Part shown: piece after piece, positions 52,600-64,000 of the stretch | Layout: every line of letters begins with the position of its first letter | Numbering within the stretch: the first letter of the stretch is position 1 | NCBI RefSeq assembly: GCF_009914755.1 | Contig: NC_060935.1 | Source of the DNA: the human T2T-CHM13v2.0 reference genome, Homo sapiens | Strand: one strand, 5' to 3' | Length of the DNA stretch: 64,000 nucleotides | Program-made: the position numbers and the translations under genes | Notes under the pieces: model-generated | Seen by the model: the letters and a program-made list of their open reading frames with translations, nothing else | Databases searched by the model: none | Told to the model about the DNA's origin: nothing

Positions 52600-53720
52600 A
52601 GCTCACAGGCCAGTGGGGGCAATGGATGCATTGGCAGCTGGTGCTAAAACTGTGGCGGCTCCATGACAGAGGTGGCCATCATGTGTTCTAGGAGCTCCGA
52701 GGTCATTACTCAGTCCAAGCTGAGCTAGAGCAGAGGGGTCGGGGATGCTTCTTGGATGAGATGGTGCCTGACCTGATGCAAGGGACTTGGGTGCGGCGGT
52801 GCAGATGGAGACCTGGGCAGAAGGAATAGCACGAGCAAGTAGGGCAAATGTGAAGAAACAGCATGATCTACGGGAGGAACCGCGGGCAGGTGTATGGAGG
52901 GAATGACAGTGTAAGGAAGGTAGCAGCAGGGCTGAGGGCTGAGGTCATTTGCACATGAGGTCCATGGGCAGAGACGCATGGAAGGGTTTTCGCCAGGGCG
53001 TCCCATCCAGATGAGCATTTCTGAGAGCTCACTCTGAGAGTGATGCTGAGGTGGATGAGACTGGTCATACAGAGTGACCAATTTGACAGTAGCCCAAGCT
53101 GTTGAGCTTATGTTACTACAGTGGTGATAGAGGTGGAAAGAGGCTATGTACTGGAGCACTAGCTAAGAGGTAGCCCGGTGAGTCTTGGAGACTGAATGTG
53201 AGGGGTGGGGAGGAAAGGTGGGAGGCCGAGGGAGCTCTGAGCCTGGCTTGAGTGCCCAAGGGGTGGCATTCACTCAGATGAGGATAGCAGGATGATGAAG
53301 GCGTCAGGGTGGTTGGTGGGAAGAGGAAGAGGAATTCAGCTTAAGAGCACTGGGTTTATTTAAATGCCCCGGGGGCATCCAAATAAAGATGTCCGGGAGG
53401 CACCTGTCTGTGACTGTGAAGCTCTGGGAGACAGATCAGGCCTGAAGATATGCATGTGATGCCTGTGGAGCTATTTAGCCTATGGGTGGTTGTGGCAATG
53501 GTGAAAGTGTTGCAAAAGACCGCACCGAGAGGAAAACGCACGACACGAGGGGCCGGCCAAGCGGAGGAAGATGGGAAAGCTAAATTCATGGAGCATGGCC
53601 AGGTGTCACAGAAGCAGTGGGGGACAGAGGTTGGCCCCGTCACATGGCAACACAGAAGTCATTGGTGGGACCTTGGCCAGAGCCACTTCCTAGCGTGGTG
53701 GGGGCAGAAACATGGTAGGG
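52600..53720 (-). mobile_element. L2 fragments in intron 4
   Basis: Degenerate L2 antisense phrases (gagcctggcttgagtg..ggtggcattcact, gtcattggtgggaccttgg). Confidence 0.55.
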
Positions 53721-53774
53721 AGTTGAGGTGGACACAGAGGAGCTTAACCGCAGATCCAACTTTCTCTTCCCCAG

Positions 53775-53910
53775 TGGGGTTTTTGGGGAGCGGCTTCCGC
53801 TCCGTTACTACCTCTCAGCTGGAATGCTGCTCAGTGGCCTTTTCACCTCGCTCTTTGGCCTGGGATATTTCTGGAACATCCACGAGCTCTGGTACTTTGT
53901 GGTCATCCAG
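53775..53910 (+). CDS. SLC37A2: SLC37A2 exon 5 (GVFGERLPLRYYL...WYFVVIQ)
   Basis: ccccag acceptor, cag|gtatga donor; 136 nt; MFS motif-A-like GxxxERLxxR. Confidence 0.95.
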
Positions 53911-54346
53911 GTATGAATCACCGTCTTGCACTTGGGCCTGTGTTGCCGTCTCGGGAAGGACCTGGGAGACCGCAGCTCACAGCGGGTGGGAGCCTGTGTT
54001 CCTGGCTCCCTGTCCAGTGCTCTCTATTACACTGCACTGAGTTCTACCTCCTGGCCCCACTGCCCCCGCATTTGTTCACTCAGAGAGTTGGCCTTGAGCA
54101 CAACGCTGTGGTCACTTCCAATGCACGAGAGGCTTGGTCTCTGCTTGAACAATCTTGAGCGAGAGAAGCCAGCTCATGCCATTGAGGAGGTGTGGCATGT
54201 GTGTAAGGGAAGGGTAAGGTTTGTAGTGTGGGGTATGGAGGGCCCCTTGGCCACGAAATTGAACCTCCTCAGCCCAGGGTGGTCAGAGCAGGGAGCCAGT
54301 CGCACAGCCCAGGCCTGTTCCCACCCTCCCTTCTCTCTCCCTGCAG

Positions 54347-54423
54347 GTCTGTAATGGACTCGTCCAGACCACAGGCTGGCCCTCTGTGGTGACCTGTGTT
54401 GGCAACTGGTTCGGGAAGGGGAA
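54347..54423 (+). CDS. SLC37A2: SLC37A2 exon 6 (VCNGLVQTTGWPSVVTCVGNWFGKGK)
   Basis: ctgcag acceptor, aa|gtgagt donor; GlpT-family signature QxxGWP...WF...RG. Confidence 0.96.
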
Positions 54424-54755
54424 GTGAGTGTAACAAGGGAGGAGGAGTGGGAAGGATTGGGAGGGCTGGGGGTCCTGAGCTGGTCACCGTGGCCTCTGAT
54501 GTAATTTCAGAGGGAAGGGTCAGAAAGCGGCCTCCACGTTGCTGTTCACGTGCTTAGAAGTGGCTAAAAGCAGTGCTGATTTTCTCACTGATGAGGCTTT
54601 AACCCATAGAGCAGGCAACCTTAGTTATGTTTTTTTCTAATAATAGATTAATTTCTATTTTCAACGAAGACAAAAAGAAGCCTATAAAACTTCCGCCCTG
54701 CCCCCCAACCCCGACCCCGAATTGGCTTGTGTGCAAAACAAAGTTGCTTTGGAGA

Positions 54756-54963
54756 AGGGGTTCTCACCCTTGGCACTACTGACTTTCTGGGCTATTGGAC
54801 CCTTGTTTGGGGACTGTCCTACCACTGCAGGCTGTTTAGTAGTAGCCTTCCTGGCATCTGCTCACTGGATGCCATAGCACACCCTGAGCTGTGACCATGA
54901 AAAATCTCTAGCTGTTACCAGATATCCCTTGGGGGTAGGATCACCCCTGGTTGAGGACAGTGC
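54756..54963. mobile_element. MER20 (hAT-Charlie) DNA transposon
   Basis: ggttctcacccttggcactactgac...atcacccctggttgaggacagtg. Confidence 0.75.
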
Positions 54964-55276
54964 TTTAGAGTGAGATCGTGGGACAGAAGAGAAGAACGAG
55001 GGCCGGGGCCCCCATGCCCTCAGTGTGGCTAGAGCTCCCATCGGCACTCACTCAGGGAGCTGGGCAGGCGGAGCGAGACCACAGGCCCTGCAGCCACCTG
55101 CTTGACACCATCCAAGGTCTCCCACTCCTTGCTGACTTGGGGCTTTGGGGCTGTCTTTGGTGCCTCGGGGAAGCTGTAGTCAGCCCAGCTTTAGAGCTTG
55201 GCTGGGGCAGTTGCTATGAACAATGTGCTTTGCTTTTTACTTTTTATACCTCTTCCCTTCTCTCCCTCCCTTCCAG

Positions 55277-55443
55277 GCGGGGGTTCATCATGGGCATCTG
55301 GAATTCCCACACATCTGTGGGCAACATCCTGGGCTCCCTGATCGCCGGCATCTGGGTGAACGGGCAGTGGGGCCTGTCGTTCATCGTGCCTGGCATCATT
55401 ACTGCCGTCATGGGCGTCATCACCTTCCTCTTCCTCATCGAAC
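55277..55443 (+). CDS. SLC37A2: SLC37A2 exon 7 (RGFIMGIWNSHTSVGNILG...FLFLIE)
   Basis: ttccag acceptor, c|gtgagt donor; 167 nt. Confidence 0.96.
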
Positions 55444-56083
55444 GTGAGTGGGCCCCTCACTCCCCACAAGTGAGCCTAGAAGTTCTCGGTTTCTGGGAGA
55501 AGGCAGCTGGATCTACTGGAAAGATTGCTGGTCACAGAGTGGGAGGACCAGCCGTGTGACTTTGGACAATCTCTCAGAGCCTTTATTTTCTCATTTGTAA
55601 AATAATAATAGTAATAATAATGTCTATTTCGTAGGATTTCTGCAGGCTTAACTGAGACACCATAGTTAAAATGCCAGGCCCACAGGAGGTGCTTGGCAAG
55701 CATTGGTTGAATCTGAGAGGTGTGATCAGGGAGGGTGGAGTTGAAGGGACATTGTTACAGTGACCAGGCTCTCCACTTGCTGCAGGTGGTCTTGTGCACT
55801 AGCCAGGCCAGGTATGAGAGCCACTCTGTAGCTAAGAGTACTAAAGTCCAAGAGGCAGTAGTGACACTGCTGGTTGTTAGGAAAGCCAGGCCTAGAAAGC
55901 TGTCTCCTGAGCCCCAGGCCCCGCTCCCTCCTGCTGGGACACACACTGGCCACCTTAGGAGCTGGAGGCGGGGCTGGTTCCCGGGATGGCTTAGATCCAG
56001 TGCAAGGTGAGGGCCTGGCAATCACCTCGGGATTGGGGGGGCGGGGGTTGGGAAACTTCTTAGAAAGCGATTTTTTTCTCTAG

Positions 56084-56121
56084 ACCCAGAAGATGTGGAC
56101 TGCGCCCCTCCTCAGCACCAC
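56084..56121 (+). CDS. SLC37A2: SLC37A2 exon 8 (HPEDVDCAPPQHH)
   Basis: ttttctctag acceptor, cac|gtgagt donor; 38 nt, required to keep frame. Confidence 0.92.
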
Positions 56122-56416
56122 GTGAGTGTGAGCCCTCCCAGCCCTATCCCTGCCCTCCAACTCCATCCAGAGGGCTGGACCCGGAGAGGCCTGGGGAGCT
56201 AGAGCAGGGAGTTCTGGCCCTCACTGACCTCACCGACCCAGTGCTAGGCCCATGGGTTGGCCCTACAGCCTGATGAGTCTGGCAGGTCAGTCCAGCCCGA
56301 GACGAACGTGTGCCTCCCCATCCTGGGAGCCAGTGTCTCTTGCCTGGGCTGCACCTTCAGCTGGTGGGAGGCAGCACATGGACGCACCCACAGCAGGGCT
56401 CATCTCCTCTGCTCAG

Positions 56417-56569
56417 GGTGAGCCAGCTGAGAACCAGGACAACCCTGAGGACCCTGGGAACAGTCCCTGCTCTATCAGGGAGAGCGGCCTTGAGACTGTG
56501 GCCAAATGCTCCAAGGGGCCATGCGAAGAGCCTGCTGCCATCAGCTTCTTTGGGGCGCTCCGGATCCCA
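56417..56569 (+). CDS. SLC37A2: SLC37A2 exon 9 (central loop GEPAENQD...FFGALRIP)
   Basis: ctcag acceptor, cca|gtaaga donor; 153 nt. Confidence 0.93.
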
Positions 56570-56906
56570 GTAAGAAGTTTGTGGAATGGAGGAAAGAGAG
56601 GGGCTTTCCAGATTTTTTCTGTTGGTGATGAGGAGATGGGGTGCTTGGGTGATCTATTTTTCTAGAACTTCTTTATAGGGGAGGTGTAAGTTGGGCAGCC
56701 TGCTTGGGGAGGGCAGTGTGGGAGATTTGTCTTGAAACAACCTTGCACAGTGGTCATGTTGCTTTTATTGGGACTGGATGTGTTGGAGGCTGCCTTGTGT
56801 GGCAGGTGATGGAAAGTACTGGGGTGGTGCTGAGCACCCCTTGGGGCCACCACTGAACCCAGGACCTCTGGACCCCTTCCCATGTGCCCCCTGTTGCACT
56901 CCCCAG

Positions 56907-56997
56907 GGCGTGGTCGAGTTCTCTCTGTGTCTGCTGTTTGCCAAGCTGGTCAGTTACACCTTCCTCTACTGGCTGCCCCTCTACATCGCCAATGTGG
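56907..56997 (+). CDS. SLC37A2: SLC37A2 exon 10 (GVVEFSLCLLFAKLVSYTFLYWLPLYIANV)
   Basis: ccccag acceptor, g|gtaagt donor; 91 nt. Confidence 0.96.
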
Positions 56998-58477
56998 GTA
57001 AGTCCAAGAGAAGGGGAATGAAGGGGTCTCTGAGGAGGCCAAGGCTGCCTCTGGTGGGAGAGGAAGCCCGTCGTGGTGATGCCTGTGATTCCAGTATATA
57101 GGCAGAATTCCTGCTGAACCTCTCCTAGAGTGAAAGGAGCTTGATTTAGTTCTTTACTTAAATGAAAGCTAAACCCAGCAAACTACCCCCTAGACCCTGA
57201 CTCCAGCCACCTTTTCTCCCCTTGGAACTGAGCTGGGGGTTAGGAACTCAGAGCTCTGTTCTGCAATTCTTGCTATCTTCTTCTCTAGCCCTTAGTGTAG
57301 GAGAAACCCCCTCCAGGCTGCTTGGCTCATAGGTGGTAGCATTGGAGGTGCTAGGGAAGGCCTGCCTGCTAGATCTCTCCCCCAGCCCAAGGAAGAGGGC
57401 CTGGTGAGCGACCCCACTCCTTGTAGCCTGGTGGTGACCCTGGTGGTCTTCTCCCCGTGGGACCTAATGTGATCGATGCCCCTGTGCCTGGATCTGCTGG
57501 GCTGCACTGGTGTTCTGTCCTGTCTCATGGACCTACTCCCGTCTGCTCCTGCCCAGGGATGTATAGATGAGAAGAGCTCATTTGAAAAAGGATGTTTCAT
57601 GTCCACCTGGCCTGGGTCTCTGCTTTTCCATAGGTCAGGCTGCTCTACCAAACAGCAGCCCACCCCGCCCTGCCCAGCCCCCAGGAGCCTCCAAGCTCCA
57701 CCAGGGCTGAGGACCTGTCACCCAGTACTGCTGCCCTCCCTCCCAGCCCTGGGGAGGAACAACAGTGCCTTGCCACACATTGTGCTCGCTCTGAACAGGA
57801 TACTGTAGGAATTAGTCATGGCCAAGTTCAAGCCATAGCTTGCCCCGCAGCTCTGTCGGGGCCTCTCTCGTGACAGTGTGGAGCGCTAGGGCAGCTTTGT
57901 GGACACCGTGACTCTTTGTTTTGTGGCCTTGGTGCTGACTTCAGAGTATGAGGCACCCTCGAGCGTGGGGCTACAATCTCAGCTTCTGGACATTCCTTTT
58001 TTAAAACATGGAGCCAAGGCCTGTGACCTGAGGCCCCTGTGTCCCTGCAAGTCTCCTTCCTGGCTCTGTGTATGAGCACAGCCTAAGGTAAACGGGAAGA
58101 GTTCCTAGTGCTGCTAGGGCCGGAGTGAAGCAGAGAAAGGGCTGGGCTGAGCTTCAGGTTGCGCTCCAGGGGAAAGGTGGCCACGGGACAGCAGGCTCGG
58201 GGGCCAGATCCCAGAGCTTGCCAGGGAGGGCTTGTTCTGAGAGGTGAAGGTCATCCTGCAGGGGAAGAGGGCAACACAGGACGGGACCAAGAGGGCGTCT
58301 ATCCAAACTGCTGCATTCTCACCCTGTGGCCCTGGCCAGCCTGCTCCACAGGTCCCCAGCTCTTCCTCGGAAAAGGGGGCAGTGGTCTGGATCACGCTCT
58401 GCAGGGCTTCTAGCTGTGACACTCCAGGATGTTTGCCCCAAACCCCAGGTCTGACCACATACCTGTATTTTCCACAG

Positions 58478-58540
58478 CTCACTTTAGTGCCAAGGAGGCT
58501 GGGGACCTGTCTACACTCTTCGATGTTGGTGGCATCATAG
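58478..58540 (+). CDS. SLC37A2: SLC37A2 exon 11 (AHFSAKEAGDLSTLFDVGGII)
   Basis: ccacag acceptor, g|gtgagg donor; 63 nt. Confidence 0.95.
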   Translation, partial: LTLVPRRLGTCLHSSMLVAS

Positions 58541-58896
58541 GTGAGGCCTTGCCCTGCTCTGCCAGCAGGCTCCCTTCCCCTCTTTTCTTGTGGGGTGCAG
58601 GAAGAAGGGACAGGTCCGATGGGCTATGACCTGGGTAGGTGGCACCAGAGGAAAAATGGCTCCTGGGTTTATTCTCAGCTCTGCTCCTGCCTGGCTGGGT
58701 GGGCCTAAGAAAGATGCCCTTTTGTTTGGTCTCCAGTAGTGATGGGCACTACAGGAAGGGGAGGGCTGTGGAAAAAGCAGCTCTGCTGGTTCTTGCTGAC
58801 AGGCCCAGGCCAGCACTGGGGCACAGCTGGGGTGCCAGGCGAGGGGATGGCAGGGTCCTGTCTGGGAGTCAGTGCGTGAGTGGCTGTGTGTTCCAG

Positions 58897-58982
58897 GCGG
58901 CATCGTGGCAGGGCTCGTCTCTGACTACACCAATGGCAGGGCCACCACTTGCTGTGTCATGCTCATCTTGGCTGCCCCCATG
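58897..58982 (+). CDS. SLC37A2: SLC37A2 exon 12 (GGIVAGLVSDYTNGRATTCCVMLILAAPM)
   Basis: ttccag acceptor, atg|gtgcgt donor; 86 nt. Confidence 0.95.
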
Positions 58983-59487
58983 GTGCGTATAACCCCGAGG
59001 GTGAAGTGCGAATGCATGTGAGCAGGAGCCTGTGTGGGCCTCTGGCCTGTGTGCACGTCCACGCGTTACACACATTGATGTCGCTGTGTACGCGTGCACA
59101 TGCATCATTGTGCACACACGGGGGAGGAGAAGCGACGGTCAGCAGAGGCACCTTGGAAAAAGAGCCAGACTGCAGACTTTAGAGGGGGATTCATGACTCT
59201 TTGGCCTTGGTAGAGGAGACCGCCTCCTAAACTTCTTGATCAAGGAAAGAAGAGATTGAGGTTGAATCTGAGAGAAGACTGTTTGGAGAAAGGGAGATGA
59301 TAGAGTACCACGTTTTAGACCGTCCATCCCTGGGACATTTAAAGACCAGAGAAATCTGCATAGGCAGGGGAAAAGGAATAGGATGCCCTCTGGGGTTTCA
59401 GGGCAGGAGATGGTTGTTCCAGACCTCAGGGCTCCAGGCCAGCAAAGGGATTCCGGGTGACTCTGCCTCTCCCCTCTCCTCTCTCAG

Positions 59488-59536
59488 ATGTTCCTGTACA
59501 ACTACATTGGCCAGGACGGGATTGCCAGCTCCATAG
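59488..59536 (+). CDS. SLC37A2: SLC37A2 exon 13 (MFLYNYIGQDGIASSI)
   Basis: ctctcag acceptor, g|gtgagg donor; 49 nt. Confidence 0.94.
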
Positions 59537-59728
59537 GTGAGGAGGAGGTTGCAAGTCCTGCCAGGCCAGGGGAAAGGCACTGCCTTGGGGGCCCCATGAG
59601 GCTGGCCCACGGGGGCCACTGACAGGTGGAGGGGCTGGGAGGGCTGAAGGCTGGAGAGTGCTCCTGCCTTGGGGTTGGGGCTGCGGGTGGTGCTGCTTCT
59701 CTGACTGGCTGTCTCTATGCTGTCCCAG

Positions 59729-59802
59729 TGATGCTGATCATCTGTGGGGGCCTGGTCAATGGCCCATACGCGCTCATCACCACTGCTGTCTCTGCTGACC
59801 TG
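59729..59802 (+). CDS. SLC37A2: SLC37A2 exon 14 (VMLIICGGLVNGPYALITTAVSADL)
   Basis: cccag acceptor, ctg|gtgagt donor; 74 nt. Confidence 0.95.
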
Positions 59803-60057
59803 GTGAGTGGGGCCACCTCCCGAGGGCCAGGGACCGTTCTGGGGGCTTGGTCAGGGCCACCATCTCCAGGTCCATTTCTCCCTGTCTCCCATCCCGCAGA
59901 GGAGAAACCGTCAAAGTCCTTCAGAACGCACCATGGGCCCCTCTCCTCTCAAGCCCAAACCCCAGTTACCACCTTCCCTGAGTCAGCCCCTCTCCTGTCC
60001 TGGTTCTGCTCATGCTGCTGCTCAGCTGGGCTTCCCCACTCCACTGTCTCTCTCCAG

Positions 60058-60136
60058 GGGACTCACAAGAGCCTGAAGGGCAACGCCAAAGCCCTGTCCA
60101 CGGTCACGGCCATCATTGACGGCACCGGCTCCATAG
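60058..60136 (+). CDS. SLC37A2: SLC37A2 exon 15 (GTHKSLKGNAKALSTVTAIIDGTGSI)
   Basis: ctccag acceptor, g|gtctgt donor; 79 nt. Confidence 0.95.
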
Positions 60137-60239
60137 GTCTGTGACTCTAGCTCTGTTGTGGGCCGGCCCCTAGGCATAGTGCCCTCCGGTGGGCAGGGGA
60201 GGTGCAGGACCCCTGCTCACGAGGCTGTGCTCCATTCAG

Positions 60240-60337
60240 GTGCGGCTCTGGGGCCTCTGCTGGCTGGGCTCATCTCCCCCACGGGCTGGAACAATGTCTT
60301 CTACATGCTCATCTCTGCCGACGTCCTAGCCTGCTTG
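60240..60337 (+). CDS. SLC37A2: SLC37A2 exon 16 (GAALGPLLAGLISPTGWNNVFYMLISADVLACL)
   Basis: ttcag acceptor, ttg|gtaaga donor; 98 nt. Confidence 0.95.
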
Positions 60338-60616
60338 GTAAGAGTCTTGGGGTACACAGATAGGTATTGAGGGATGCTCTGTCCTGCCAGACTGGAACCC
60401 TGGAGGTCCAAAGCGTTGGCCATTTGGGGTTCTGGGGCAATGAGAGCAGCTGCCCTTTGCTCAGAAGCACTCTCCCTCCCCCGAGTGACCCCTTGCCAAG
60501 TGGCAGCGTGTCTCTCCCCCTTCTCCACTGCCAGTCCACGGGTCACCCTGGTGCTGGGCACTCAGTGCTCAGTGCTAACAGTGCCCTCCCTTCCCTCTGT
60601 GCCTTGTGCTCCACAG

Positions 60617-60681
60617 CTCCTTTGCCGGTTAGTATACAAAGAGATCTTGGCCTGGAAGGTGTCCCTGAGCAGAGGCAGCGG
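60617..60681 (+). CDS. SLC37A2: SLC37A2 exon 17 (LLCRLVYKEILAWKVSLSRGSG)
   Basis: ccacag acceptor, gg|gtgagt donor; 65 nt. Confidence 0.95.
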
Positions 60682-60866
60682 GTGAGTCCGGGGAGCTGAA
60701 GCTGCCCCTCTACCAACCTCATTTCTCGTGGGAATCAGCCCAGTGCTCAGTTTCTCCAAACGCAGGCTGAGGCTCGACCAGCCCAGACCTGAGGAGCACT
60801 GAGCCAGTCCCTGGGTGGCCCTCACCCTGCTAACCTGTCCTCTGTTGTCCCCGTGTATCTCTATAG

Positions 60867-60894
60867 CTCTAGTATGGTCCTAACCCACCAGTGA
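60867..60894 (+). CDS. SLC37A2: SLC37A2 alternative cassette exon, coding part (SSMVLTHQ*; 505-aa isoform); exon probably 60867-60923
   Basis: ctctatag acceptor, in frame with exon 17, tga tag double stop, ttt|gtgagt donor at 60924; matches a recalled isoform C-terminus. Confidence 0.8.
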
Positions 60895-62287
60895 TAGTAT
60901 TTTCCTCAAGTCCCATGACTTTTGTGAGTATTTACTTCGAGTCTGTGACTCGAGTGCCATTTGAGTGGGGGCTGCATGCAAATCCTCTGTCCTGCAGTAT
61001 GACTTTTTCCAACTTTCTCTTTCTTCTTGTGGGCCAGTTGTAAAGACTTTCAACCTCAGCAGAGCATGGTGCTTGGGAAGTGTTTTCCAAGGGGTCTGAG
61101 ATGCCACAGAGGTTGGTGGCCTCTTCCCTGAGGGACAGTGTGAGAACTTTGGACATGCCCTCGGGGACAGAGGAGGCAGAAATAGGGAAACCAGTTTCCC
61201 TCTGAGCTGCGACTGAGCTGCAAGTGCCTCCTGAAGTTCAGAAACCAAGGTCATCTGGCCCCTCTGCCTGGGGTATGCAGAACAAAAGCAACTACCAATC
61301 AAAGTCTCTGAAACAAATGTGAATCAAGCATGGGTGGCTGGCCTGGTGTGCTCTCTGCCTACTGTCTGGTGGTGGTGGATGTGGTGGTGGCATCAGCAGG
61401 TCAGTGGCTGAGGCTACACAGTGCTGGTGGTCTGATGGTCGGGCGACCCTCTCCCGCTGGCCGTCCTGAGCAGGAGCCTCGTGCTAACAAGGAGGCCGCT
61501 AATGAGCTGGCCGGAGCTGTGGACCTGGGCTGGATGGCAAATGTGAGGAGGAACCCCCGGGACATGGTAACCAGCACGCATCTGGGGACACACTTCCACT
61601 TAAGGAAGACACCACCCAGGGGAGAGAAAGTGAGAGCAGGAAGACACACAACACAGGAAGCACGCAGAGCACCTGTCCTGCCCTGCCCTGCCCTGCCCTG
61701 GAAGAGGGGAGCAGGGGGCTGGACTGCATGACCCAAAGTTCCTGTGCCTGTGCTCCTTGGAGCCAGGCCTGAGGGTGGGAAGGGAAGAAGAGCAGCAGAA
61801 AGCGAGGAGGATTTAGTGAGCAACTGCTCTGTCCTGGAATTGTGTCTGGCTTTAGACGTGTGAGCTTGCCTCGCAGCAGCCTCTCATTGAAGGTGAGAGA
61901 CAGAGGCTCAGAGCTCGGGCACAGCCTAACACTGAAACTGGGCCTGGGGGTTGTTTGCTTTTCTCTGGACTGCCACCGCTGTCCCAGGCTGGTCCTGCTC
62001 CATGGGAGGCCTGTGTGTGAGGTGTGCAGTGATTTATCAGAGCAGACAGAGCACTGTGCTTGGAATCCAAAAACCCCTGGACAGTCCTGCTTTCTCCACT
62101 CACTCCATGAGACCTTGGGCATAGCACTCCATCAGACCCAGATTCTCTGAACCACCACATCTTTATGTATGAATGGGGATGCTTATCCCTGAATACCTGG
62201 CAGAATTGACCCAAGGCTGAGATAAATGGGATATGTGATATTGCTTTGTAAAGCTGTCAAATGTGGCATGAACATTGTAAGGTTTTA

Positions 62288-62593
<306 letters not shown>

Positions 62594-62780
62594 AGGTTTT
62601 AAATATTAATCTAGCTTGCTATTTCCTGCCTGAGAGGTGAAAGGGAGGCCTCATTACAGAGAACTGAGATGAAAGCAATGATGAAGGGACCCTGGGACCC
62701 TGCCTTTCCTCTCCCTACTCAGCAGGAGCTTATGAAGTCATCTCACTTTCTCTTCTGTCCCCCCTCTCCTCTTCATGCAG

Positions 62781-62796
62781 GTATAAAGAAATATGA
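62781..62796 (+). CDS. SLC37A2: SLC37A2 terminal coding exon (GYKEI*)
   Basis: Long pyrimidine tract and atgcag acceptor; g tat aaa gaa ata tga completes the 501-aa ORF. Confidence 0.93.
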
Positions 62797-64000
62797 GGCC
62801 CCAATTGGAACAGCAGCATGGAGGGTCCCAGTTGGGTCCCCAACGTGCTCCCCATGGGCAAGACAATGGAAACTTCCACAAGCAGGGGAGGCAAACCCTC
62901 TTTATTGAACATTAGCCAGCCCAGCCCAGACCCCAGGGCTGCCTAAGGACACAGAGATTCTCCATGGGAAGGGGACTGCCAAGCATGAGGAAATAGAAGA
63001 TTCAGGGGCCTGAGCTCTGGAAGCTGCAAGCAAAAGGGATGGGACTAGGGCTGAGTTGTGTCTCCATTTTGATAAGGAAAGGATATGCTCACACTCTTGC
63101 TTGTTCAGATTCCAAGACAGAAGGCTTCACAAGGCCAACGCCTGGAAAATGGGCATCTCTCCCTCCCATGTTAAGCTTTAACCTCTGTAATCTGCCTGTA
63201 TCTATAGGTGGGCATCTCACTCCATCAAAGGAGCCCAGCCTCTCTTTGTCCCTCTACCATGCAACAGTCTTCTCTGTGCATTTCCCCAAGCTGGGCCCTC
63301 TTCTACTCTCCATTTAGGCCTGTTGATAACTCCATTACCCACCCATCACTGCTGTTCCTCCAGGGCCAGCACTCGGGCGAGGCAGGGGAGCTGCCTTCGG
63401 TACATAATTTGAAGGGGCACTCCCTCTTGGGCACATGCCGGCCCTGAGTGCCTCCCTTGCCTCACTCTGATCCCGGCCCCATAATGTCCTCAGTGGAAGG
63501 TGACTGGGGGCCGGTGCTGTGGGGAGAGTAGAAAGAGGGGTTGGCATGACTAAAAATACCAGTATGTGTATTAAGTATTTTGAGAATGAAATGCCAAGGA
63601 GTGCCTACTGTATGCCAGCTCTGCTCTAGGAATGGAGTAGACAGTGGACACAAGAAGGACTTACGCCCTGAGCACAGGTGCCAACGGTGACAAGACTGGC
63701 AAGACGTGAGGGCATGAATGGTTCATTCAGGCAGCTGCTGCAGGTGTGGTCACCTGGTGCCATCTGCTGCTCCCTTTTCCACTTTTCTATGTCCTCCTTC
63801 CACCCCAAGTCCCGGATCACTCGCTGTTTTCTGGCTAGCTCTTGGCATCTCCATCTGAGCCTAAAGTTGCCCACTGGCACCAATAGATTCTGTTTGACCT
63901 GCTGTGCCCATGCTCATCTTTGTCGGGGCTTGGCTTGGCAGCGAGTGAGGCTGGCATGGGGTGCTGAAGTGGGGTCTCAGTGAGGGGTGACAGCGTGCTG
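62797..64000 (+). other. SLC37A2: SLC37A2 3' UTR, probably continuing past the window
   Basis: Follows the stop codon; I saw no AATAAA before the window end. Confidence 0.7.

Noticed and set aside
53359-53370. tttaaatgcccc, reverse complement of the promoter ggggcatttaaa
   Set aside because: A 12-nt match across 64 kb, inside an L2 remnant, is expected by chance.
61330-62214. ORFs of 130-207 aa in the last SLC37A2 intron
   Set aside because: No homology recognised, low complexity, no splice support.

Overview
Primate, most likely human, genomic DNA; AT-rich and retroelement-dense to about 35.5 kb, GC-rich from about 44 kb. It holds the last three coding exons and 3'UTR of CCDC15 (+), whose upstream intron carries a near-full-length antisense HERV-L/MLT2A provirus and old L1s. 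A ~21 kb intergenic region follows, with a MER11 solo LTR, L1s, L2s, Alus (one AluYa5) and MIRs. Then comes the complete coding region of SLC37A2 (+; CpG-island promoter at about 37.4-38.4 kb; 18 coding exons, 501 aa, plus a 57-nt cassette exon giving a 505-aa alternative C-terminus). All exon phases were checked by hand. Gene and repeat names are from recall, not a database search. I found no convincingly new gene system. The best leads are: (1) an apparently non-repeat 43-50 nt inverted repeat in SLC37A2 intron 1 whose mismatches are mostly G-U wobbles in the sense RNA and which encloses a candidate poison exon; (2) a splice switch that removes a C-terminal GYKEI lysosomal signal while escaping NMD; (3) an apparently chimeric HERV-L provirus; (4) an NFAT/ETS/MARE/E-box motif cluster upstream of exon 2.
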